DNA of 64,000 bases, from IMG/VR virus record IMGVR_UViG_3300028569_002417, positions 62,001 to 126,000 of that record. One strand, written 5' to 3'. Positions 57,401-64,000 of this stretch are shown here, piece after piece (the stretch's first letter is position 1; every line of letters begins with the position of its first letter). The notes beneath the pieces are model-generated. The model ran no database searches and had not been told where the DNA came from. It saw nothing but the letters and a program-made list of their open reading frames with translations. Position numbers and translations under genes: made by a program.

Positions 57401-60400
57401 CTATTGAAAGCGGTAACATTGCAAGCGGCGCAATTGGAAATACACATTTGGGGGCTGCGTCCGTAACAAGTGGTGCAGTTCCTAGTGGAACAGTTATTTT
57501 CAATATGGTTGGTGCGAATGCAACAGTTGCTTATAACTTTGCAGATGTCGCATTAGCTTCAGGAAACTTTGCACTCCAGTCTGTAACTGGTGAAAATCTT
57601 GCAGATGGACTTTGGCCAATTCCTACTGCATTTTATGTGTCTGGCGGTATTACCGCTTTCATGTTCAATAACAACTCAATTGTTAGTGGATCAATATCAA
57701 CAACAACCACTTTAATTAGTCAAGGTTATTTTGCAGGTGGATCTACAGGAGCAAATGTTTCAACAACAGACAAAATATTATATTCAACAGACACAACTGC
57801 CGCTCAAACATCTGCCAATCTAAGTCAATCAAGAAATGAATTGGCGGGAATTTCTGATTATACAACTAATGGTTATTTTGCTGGTGGAGCAACATCTTCG
57901 TTTTCTGGACATGTTGCAACAACAGATAAAATTGTATATTCAACAGACACAACTGCCGCTCAAACATCTGCAAATTTAAGTCAAGCAAGACAAGGATTGG
58001 CTGGATGTTCAGGAGAAAGAACAAAAGGATATTTTGCTGGTGGAACTACTCATCAAGTAAACAGCTTAAACACAGCAGACAAGCTAACATATTCAACAGG
58101 CACAACTACCGCACAATCAAGTGCAAACTTAAGTCAAGCAAGATATTACCTTACTGGAATTTCAGAAGGAACAACTAAAGGTTATTTTGCTGGTGGGCAG
58201 AGTAGCACCGTTTTAGTAACGGCAGACAAATTAACATTTTCAAATGATACAACTGCTGCTCAAACAACAGCGGATCTTAGCACGGCAACAGCCTATATTT
58301 CTGGATGTTCTGGCGAAGGAACTAAAGGTTATTTTGCTGGTGGTGGTACATTTGCCATAACAATTAATGCATATAAATTAACATACACAACAGATACAAC
58401 TACCGCTCAAACTACTGCAAATTTAAGTCAAGCAAGAAGAGAATTAGCAGGAATTTCAGAAGGATCAACTGAAGGTTATTTTGCTGGCGGTAACGGTCCT
58501 GTGACAACAACGGATAAGCTATTATTTTCTACTGATACAACTGCTGCACAAACAACCGCTAATTTGAGTCAAGCAAGAAATAGTTTAGCAGGAATTGATG
58601 GCGCACAAAATTATTTAATCATACCTTACCTAGTCACTTCTGGAAAACTAACAACAACAGAAGCCAACGAAATTCGTTTTACAAACTTGGCATCTGGTTC
58701 AGTATTAAGCGGAAATATAGTTTCTGGTGTTGTATTCAGCGATGCAACCACAAATAACTTCTCAAACGCAGGAGTAAGAAGCGGAAATATTGCCTCTGGA
58801 CAAGTTGGTAGAGTTCATTTTGCCAATGAAACAATACTTTCAGGAAATATAGGAAGCGGTGTAATAAGATTCCCAGAATTCTTCGGCGATACTACAACAT
58901 ACACAAATATTGCCAGCGGACAAATTGGGAATGTACATCTTGAATCAATCGATGTTTCACTTCAAACAAAAATGGGATATTTTGCTCCTGTTACATTTTT
59001 TGGTATAACAGGAAATAAATTAAATTATTCCACAGATACAACTTCTTCAATTATAATTTTGAACCAAGCAAGAGTTGCTTTAACTGGAATATCAGAAGGA
59101 TTAACAAAAGGATATTTTGCAGGAGGATATAGTACAGGCGGGACAATTGTTGCAATAACAGAAAAATTCTCATATTCAACAGAAACAACTATTACTCAAG
59201 CAACAGCAAATCTAAGCCAAGCAAGATATCGTTTGGCGGGATGCTCTGGAGAAAGAACAAAAGGTTATTTTGCCGGTGGAACTACTGGAGGATCAGATAT
59301 TGCAACAGCAGACAAATTAACATATTCAACAGACACAACTGTCGCACAAGCAAGCGCAAACTTAAGTCAAGGAAGATTTTACCTTGCTGGAATTTCAGAA
59401 GGATTAACAAAAGGTTATTTTGCTGGTGGAGTATCAATAGCAATCGTTGCAACAGCAGAAAAATTAACATATTCAACAGACACCACAACGGCACAAACAA
59501 CTGCAAATTTAAGCCAAGCAAGATCAGGGGTGGTTGGATGCTCAGGTGAAGGAACAAAAGGTTATTTTGCTGGCGGAGATACAGATTCAGTAGTCACAAC
59601 AGCAGATAAAATAACATATTCAACTGATACGACTGTTGCTCAAACAAGTGCTAATTTAAGTCAAGCAAGATTTTCATTATCAAGTGTATCCCAAGGATCT
59701 ACAAAAGGTTATTTTACAGGAGGAACACTCGATTTTAGTATTATTTATAAAACAGCAGATAAATTAACATATTCAACAGAAACAACTGCTGCTCAAACAA
59801 CAGCAGATTTAAGTGGAGCAAATTATGATTTTGCTGGAATTGATGGTGGCGTGTCTTATTCTCAATTGATTGCAAGCAGCAAGCTTTCATCTGGAACAAT
59901 TGGTCTTACAACAGCAAGTGGACAGAATGCAGCATTCCCATACAATCTCTCAGAAACAGCAGAAATAAATACAAACAGACCAATGTTTGATTATTTCGTT
60001 TTCCAAGAACAGTGTTCAGGCATCAAAGCAGTTTGCATTGCATCTGGAAGCAGAGTTGTAAGGGCACAAAGAGCAAGTGGAATGAGACTTCCAGCAATTG
60101 GCGTTACAAGCGGAACTGTCAACAGCGGAACAATTGGAGCAGTTTACTATTACGGATATGTTGGAAGAACTGGAACATTCGCTCAAAACTCTGGTCTAAA
60201 TAATGGAATTTCTGGATTCCAAGGAAGACCTCTTTATGTCGGATCGGGCGGAAATATCGTTAATCAAAGCGGAATGCGTGGAGCATCCTCTGGCGCACCA
60301 TTCATATCAGGCGACATGCAACAACAAATAGGCATCGCCATGAGCGGAGGACTATTCGTTATGCCAAGTCCAAGAGTTGTAAGATCAGGATTCAGAGGCA

Positions 60401-60426
60401 CATTACCTTATAATCATCCTGCTTAA
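54478..60426 (+). CDS. SG-repeat fibre carrying four 6-bladed Kelch-like propellers (1982 aa)
   Basis: 24 repeats of KGYFAGG-var-ATADKLTYSTDT...ANLSQAR-xx-LAG in 4 groups of 6. Confidence 0.85.
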   Translation: MPISFPSSPSSGQRYEFSFNAWTYNGTFWQSTGSSGQITSGAIGDNVIFSGNIASGSISAFNLASGVGGSSLVLTSGSITSGFIGNDAVTSGNIASGQVGRVQINDYNVGTNLSKIRDGIKGYFAGGSTGDYVATADKLTYSTDTTAAQTTANISQAREQLAGISEGSTKGYFAGGINAGGFIATADKITYSNDTTIAQTTANLSKERQGLAGCSGQGTKGYFAGGSSGALVATADKLTYSTDTTAAQTTANISQAREQLAGISEGSTKGYFAGGRSSLTQYSTTDKILYSTDTTAAQTTANLSQARRQLAGCDGEGKKGYFAGGNGPVATADKLTYSTDITVAQTTANLSQAKNSLAGCSGEGTKGFFAGGTTGATPIATADKITYSTDTTIAQTSANLSQARFNLAGVGNNYSTVFGDNCVFSGNISSSEIGSIHFGFSYPTSGSIKSGNIGDNSVNSGNIGSGQVGRFHISYFNPGNNLALVRGGIKGYFAGGYIAGGVATANKLTYSTDTTTVQATANLSQSRGFLAGCSGEGSKGYFAGGSNDASTALATADIVSYLTDTTAAQTSANLSQARYILAGCSGEKTKGYFAGGNTGAAVATADKLTYSTDTTAAQASANLSQARGYLAGVSEGSTKGYFAGGSTSDESGVALLTADKLTYSTDTTAAQTSANLSQARSGLAGCDGDGIKGYFAGGYTSNYVATSDKLTYSTDTTAAQTSANLSQARLSLAGISEGLTKGYFAGGNIGSSVATADKLTYSTDTTIAQTTANLSQARAQLAGASQEFTSVFGNNSITSGNISSGQIGQFHFLSGVIRTATNIVNSGNFGDSSVNSGNIASGVVSQFNFSDSSIYSDSVRSGNVSTFKFANNAVFSGNISSSNTITTVNLASGGVRSGAFGDNAISSGDILSGRITRDNISSGAFQSFNIASGSISTVKLASGAAVGAFNLASGIVVSGNIASGSIFFTPFIDGAIESGNIASGAIGNTHLGAASVTSGAVPSGTVIFNMVGANATVAYNFADVALASGNFALQSVTGENLADGLWPIPTAFYVSGGITAFMFNNNSIVSGSISTTTTLISQGYFAGGSTGANVSTTDKILYSTDTTAAQTSANLSQSRNELAGISDYTTNGYFAGGATSSFSGHVATTDKIVYSTDTTAAQTSANLSQARQGLAGCSGERTKGYFAGGTTHQVNSLNTADKLTYSTGTTTAQSSANLSQARYYLTGISEGTTKGYFAGGQSSTVLVTADKLTFSNDTTAAQTTADLSTATAYISGCSGEGTKGYFAGGGTFAITINAYKLTYTTDTTTAQTTANLSQARRELAGISEGSTEGYFAGGNGPVTTTDKLLFSTDTTAAQTTANLSQARNSLAGIDGAQNYLIIPYLVTSGKLTTTEANEIRFTNLASGSVLSGNIVSGVVFSDATTNNFSNAGVRSGNIASGQVGRVHFANETILSGNIGSGVIRFPEFFGDTTTYTNIASGQIGNVHLESIDVSLQTKMGYFAPVTFFGITGNKLNYSTDTTSSIIILNQARVALTGISEGLTKGYFAGGYSTGGTIVAITEKFSYSTETTITQATANLSQARYRLAGCSGERTKGYFAGGTTGGSDIATADKLTYSTDTTVAQASANLSQGRFYLAGISEGLTKGYFAGGVSIAIVATAEKLTYSTDTTTAQTTANLSQARSGVVGCSGEGTKGYFAGGDTDSVVTTADKITYSTDTTVAQTSANLSQARFSLSSVSQGSTKGYFTGGTLDFSIIYKTADKLTYSTETTAAQTTADLSGANYDFAGIDGGVSYSQLIASSKLSSGTIGLTTASGQNAAFPYNLSETAEINTNRPMFDYFVFQEQCSGIKAVCIASGSRVVRAQRASGMRLPAIGVTSGTVNSGTIGAVYYYGYVGRTGTFAQNSGLNNGISGFQGRPLYVGSGGNIVNQSGMRGASSGAPFISGDMQQQIGIAMSGGLFVMPSPRVVRSGFRGTLPYNHPA
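54838..59850 (+). repeat. Kelch-like repeat blocks (~54838-55710, 55945-56835, 57721-58600, 58972-59850)
   Basis: Unit about 141-159 nt; repeats counted manually. Confidence 0.9.
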
Positions 60427-61013
60427 AACTTATCAAAAAATATATTGAAACTCATGCTGATTCTGTCTTCAGAAGACCTATTCATCTGAACACTATGCAT
60501 AAGCCAAGAAGGGAATATATAACATCTTCCCGCTATTGCAGGATAAATTAAATTATTTGCAGTAACAATACTAAAATCCTTATAAGTAGCATCAAGCATC
60601 CCCTTCGCAATCAAAGGGGAATGGAAAATAATATTTCCAGAATTTTCAGGTGCCTGTAAATAATAACACCCAGAAAATATGTTGCGTGGATGTGTATGAC
60701 TCGCATTATATGCGCCAGAAGGATTAACATTAACCCAAGAATTATAAATTTTTATTTCTTCAACAATAGTCAAAGATTCACGAATATTTTGAACAAAACC
60801 AGATAAATCACGCTTCAACTCAGAACAAACATGATTATCAAGAAAATTGTCTTGGCTCTGCCAACCACCACCCATATTCGTTTTTTCAACACCAACAGGA
60901 TCAGAAGCCTGTCGGTATCTCGTGTAATCAATTAAATTTTGCCTGTAACCCTGATCATTCAAATCACAAACATATATCGTCGAAGGAAATGCTAACTCAC
61001 ACTTAATCATCAA
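60423..61013 (-). CDS. 2OG-Fe(II) oxygenase (TIGR02466-like)
   Basis: W.N.N, H.H, SG.YY, FPSWL.H.V, RIS.SFN. Confidence 0.88.
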   Translation of the reverse strand: MMIKCELAFPSTIYVCDLNDQGYRQNLIDYTRYRQASDPVGVEKTNMGGGWQSQDNFLDNHVCSELKRDLSGFVQNIRESLTIVEEIKIYNSWVNVNPSGAYNASHTHPRNIFSGCYYLQAPENSGNIIFHSPLIAKGMLDATYKDFSIVTANNLIYPAIAGRCYIFPSWLMHSVQMNRSSEDRISMSFNIFFDKF

Positions 61014-61381
61014 TCATCCAACCACTTTGAAAACTTATATCTCGTCTGGCCACCAACAAATTTCTTTTCAACCTCAAGATCTGAATTCAAAATGCGATAA
61101 TCTGGAATACTCTTAACCTTATACTTTTTCTTCAAAGTCGAATTTTCATCTACATCAACAATAAGCACCACAAACTTATCAAGCTTTTCCTTTACCTCTT
61201 TTTCCTTAAACATTTTCTTCATGGATTGACATGGCGCACACCAAGATGCACCAAAATAAAGGAAAATTTTCTTTTTATCTTTCTTCGCAATCTTAACAGC
61301 CTCATCATAAGATGAGGCTTCCTCTGCCTTAATAAAACTCAATGACAAAAACAATAAAACAAGAACTAAAATTCTAAACAT
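61010..61381 (-). CDS. Thioredoxin-like protein with signal peptide
   Basis: WCAPC, cis-Pro SIP; start MFRILVLVLLFL after GAGG. Confidence 0.85.
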   Translation of the reverse strand: MFRILVLVLLFLSLSFIKAEEASSYDEAVKIAKKDKKKIFLYFGASWCAPCQSMKKMFKEKEVKEKLDKFVVLIVDVDENSTLKKKYKVKSIPDYRILNSDLEVEKKFVGGQTRYKFSKWLDD

Positions 61382-61388
61382 AATCGCC

Positions 61389-62558
61389 TCATTCGTATGA
61401 ATTGCCAGTAGCAAAATCAACATGACGACAACGAACACTTGCATCAACCAACAACTTAAATCCCTTCTCACGCAACTTCTGAGACAAAAAACTATCCTGC
61501 GTGAGATGAGCAGTTGTCACTGTCCAAGGATATTCTGTCTGAAGAAAACATTCAATAGGGAAAAGAGTGAAACCTTGAGCAATAGTGTAAACTTCATGCA
61601 CACCAACATCATCTTTATTCAAAGTCAATGCCTGACGCTTGCCAGCAATAACCTGAATGTGAACACCTTCTGGATATGGGACTTTCTTCACATAATATCC
61701 ACCCAAAACAGCCTTAGGATCACCAATTTCACGGTAACGAGCCAAAAGCCTTTGGAATCCATCAGTAGGTGGGAAAGTATCATCCTCAACAGTCAAAAGC
61801 ATATCGCAACCATCATTCAGGGCAGTCTGGATGGCATCGTTATACGCTTCTGCGGTTGTCCTCCCAAATACATTCAGGAATTTAACCTGAACTCCTGATG
61901 GAATGGCTAGATTTTCCAAAACAGGCAATCTCTCTGCCTTTTCACGAGTTGGAACAACAATTAAAATCTTGACATCACCAACTTCTAGATACTTTTTCTC
62001 AACTTCCCTGATATGGTCCAGCTTTGGAGTCGCTGCAAGATTGATCTGGCGTAGTGCTTCACTGTTACCAACGCCAACCCTTCCAGTCGCCTGAAGATCT
62101 TGCTGCGCTTGTCGATCTAGACGAAGCTTCCAATAGCTTTCCTGAGCATTATCAATTTCTTCTCGTGTATATTTCTTGGGAAAACTTTGATAAATCTTAT
62201 AAAGAGCATCCAATTCTCTTAAAGCGCCTAGCACGGCATAATCTTGTTCTTGAAGGTCAATTCTTTTCAAGTCTGCATCAATCTGATCAATTTCAGTTCC
62301 CTTGTCTTCAAGTTCTTTAATTTGAATTTCGATCCTTCTTTTTCCTAGTTTCGCTCTTTTCAAATTAGCAACTTTTATTTGTATCTCAAGGACACACTGG
62401 CTAAATTGCATTTCAATTGTATCGTGCTGACCAACTACAAATTTTTCAATTACATATGATGTTCTTGGCTGTTGGATCTCAAGAAATGATTGTTCCAATT
62501 CCTCAATAGCTTTTACTGCTTCATTTACTCTTTCATCAATCGTAGTCAATTCGTTCAT
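61389..62558 (-). CDS. Coiled-coil domain fused to GT2-like domain
   Basis: N-terminal helical domain; ILIVVPT, AYN, VEDD, GFTL, QD..L, D..V.C.H. Confidence 0.75.
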   Translation of the reverse strand: MNELTTIDERVNEAVKAIEELEQSFLEIQQPRTSYVIEKFVVGQHDTIEMQFSQCVLEIQIKVANLKRAKLGKRRIEIQIKELEDKGTEIDQIDADLKRIDLQEQDYAVLGALRELDALYKIYQSFPKKYTREEIDNAQESYWKLRLDRQAQQDLQATGRVGVGNSEALRQINLAATPKLDHIREVEKKYLEVGDVKILIVVPTREKAERLPVLENLAIPSGVQVKFLNVFGRTTAEAYNDAIQTALNDGCDMLLTVEDDTFPPTDGFQRLLARYREIGDPKAVLGGYYVKKVPYPEGVHIQVIAGKRQALTLNKDDVGVHEVYTIAQGFTLFPIECFLQTEYPWTVTTAHLTQDSFLSQKLREKGFKLLVDASVRCRHVDFATGNSYE

Positions 62559-62571
62559 TTTTAAGCCTCAT

Positions 62572-62620
62572 TTGAAAAAATAAATCTATTACATTATAAT
62601 GTCAATGACACCATTGTCAA
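62572..62620. promoter_or_regulatory. Overlapping divergent sigma70 promoters sharing a palindromic -10
   Basis: Plus strand TTGAAA-17-TATAAT; minus strand TTGACA-16-TATAAT. Confidence 0.75.
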
Positions 62621-62638
62621 AATAAATGAGATTCAATT

Positions 62639-63292
62639 ATGCCGGGATCATGGGAACTTATCAATCAAAATCGTGTCCTATGTTGCATTTTAACGAGAGA
62701 ATATGCACCAGTTGCATGGGCTTTCGGACTCAGAAACCTGCAAATTCCCGGTGCAGTCACAGCACTCCAAGGAATGCCATATGACCATGCACGAAATACA
62801 GGATGCTTAAAACTACTCGAACTCGGCTGGGAATGGCTATTCTTTCTCGATGACGATGTCATTCCTCCTCCTGATGCAATCATAAAACTAATGTCTCACA
62901 AGAAACCAATCGTAAGTGGCTTGTACTACAGAAGATACGAACCACTTGCCCCTGTAATGTTGAGAGAATCAGAAAATGGTCCTCAATGGATTCAAGAATT
63001 TAATGCTCCTGACCTTCTGGAAGTCGATTATGTAGGAGCAGGATGCCTTCTCATACATCGTGATGTTATCAAACAATTACCTCCACTCAGCAATCGTTGC
63101 CAATGGTTTGAATGGCGATGCGATAGAACTGATCTTCCTCATCTTGAAAAAACAAGCGAAGACTTTACTTTCTGCAAACATGCCAGAAATCATGGATTCA
63201 AAATTTATGTTGATACCAGTGTGCAATGCCGACATGCAGGATTGGGACAAAGTGAAATTGGCGGATTCAAACCATTGGAGATCAGAGCCTGA
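62639..63292 (+). CDS. GT2-like glycosyltransferase
   Basis: ARN, FFLDDD, VSGLY, GAGCLLI, SEDF.FC, D....C.H. Confidence 0.88.
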   Translation: MPGSWELINQNRVLCCILTREYAPVAWAFGLRNLQIPGAVTALQGMPYDHARNTGCLKLLELGWEWLFFLDDDVIPPPDAIIKLMSHKKPIVSGLYYRRYEPLAPVMLRESENGPQWIQEFNAPDLLEVDYVGAGCLLIHRDVIKQLPPLSNRCQWFEWRCDRTDLPHLEKTSEDFTFCKHARNHGFKIYVDTSVQCRHAGLGQSEIGGFKPLEIRA

Positions 63293-64000
63293 TGAAACTT
63301 ACATACTTGCCAACAACTCCAATGAAAAAGTTAAAAATCTGTGTCATATCCAGCACAGTCCTACATTGCCCCCCAAAGGGCTATTCTGGACTAGAAATGC
63401 TGGCTTGGCAAATAGCTGAAGGGCTTACAGCCAAAGGTCATGAAGTAATGCTTGTTGCACCAAGAGGATCAACAAGTAGTTGTGAAATTCATGAAACAAC
63501 ACAATATGAACCAGAAGGACAAGCCTACAGCGGTTATTGGCACAAACTACCAAGCTTTGATGTGATCATCGATCATAGTTGGGAAAAATGGAGCTACATC
63601 CTGAAAATGGAAGGTAAGCTTCCACAACCAATCCTTGGCGTTCTACACGCTCCTGTAGACACTATGTACAGCACAGCACCATCAGTCCCATTCCCATGCT
63701 TTGTTTGCATCAGCAAAGACCAATCAGATGGTTGCTCCGCACACCTGAAAGTCGCTTCCCGTGTCGCTTATAACGGAGTTGATGTTAATTTTTATAAAAA
63801 CACAGGATTAACAAGAAACGACCGTTATCTCTTCCTCGCCAGAATAAGCACAATCAAGGGTCCACATATTGCTGTTGATGTGGCCAATACTTGTAAAATT
63901 GGACTTGATCTCGTAGGAGATGACAGAATCACAGGAGAACCAGAACTTCTCAACAGTATTAAATCTAAATGCTCTGTATCGCCCAATCTTAGGTATGTAG
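63292..64000 (+). CDS. GT4 (GT-B) glycosyltransferase, partial
   Basis: Manual translation MKLTYLPTTPMKKLKICVIS...PPKGYSGLE...GHEV...YNGVD...FLARI...KG; open to the window end. Confidence 0.85.
   Translation, partial: MKLTYLPTTPMKKLKICVISSTVLHCPPKGYSGLEMLAWQIAEGLTAKGHEVMLVAPRGSTSSCEIHETTQYEPEGQAYSGYWHKLPSFDVIIDHSWEKWSYILKMEGKLPQPILGVLHAPVDTMYSTAPSVPFPCFVCISKDQSDGCSAHLKVASRVAYNGVDVNFYKNTGLTRNDRYLFLARISTIKGPHIAVDVANTCKIGLDLVGDDRITGEPELLNSIKSKCSVSPNLRYV

Noticed and set aside
54838-59850. CRISPR array or DGR target
   Set aside because: Units are in-frame ~150-nt coding repeats. No cas genes, reverse transcriptase or adenine-specific TR/VR pair are seen, and the loops differ by indels.
63060-63419. 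119-aa ORF in the track
   Set aside because: Out-of-frame overlap of the GT2 and GT4 genes
1-64000. Stop-codon reassignment
   Set aside because: Conserved genes are full length in code 11; TAA, TGA and TAG all end genes
1-64000. tRNA, rRNA or IS elements
   Set aside because: Intergenic gaps are short; no cloverleaf or transposase motif recognised

Overview
This 64-kb window is a segment of a large, AT-rich (roughly mid-30s % GC by eye), distantly T4-related myophage. It uses the standard genetic code. From left to right: (1) a neck/tail module (gp14-, gp15-like, tail sheath, two tube genes), a gp55-like late sigma factor and a gp26/gp51-like hub-chaperone pair; (2) a metabolism/recombination block (MoxR AAA + VWA-metallopeptidase, Holliday resolvase, class II glutamine amidotransferase, CTP synthase, class Id RNR, SbcCD/gp46-47, Dda-like helicase), interspersed with late genes carrying a T4 internal-protein-like capsid-targeting N-terminus; (3) a ~22-kb cluster of Ser/Gly/Thr-rich repeat fibre genes, interleaved with and flanked by glycosyl-, methyl- and sulfotransferases and a 2OG-Fe(II) oxygenase. 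The main candidate novelties are a putative virion-fibre glycosylation system; a fibre with four 6-bladed Kelch-like propellers that have a homogenised framework and hypervariable loops; a lambda G/GT-style -1 frameshift joining the gp26- and gp51-like ORFs; an obligatory AUU start codon; near-total CCWGG avoidance; and likely leaderless late transcripts. All family assignments come from motif recognition by eye, not from database searches.
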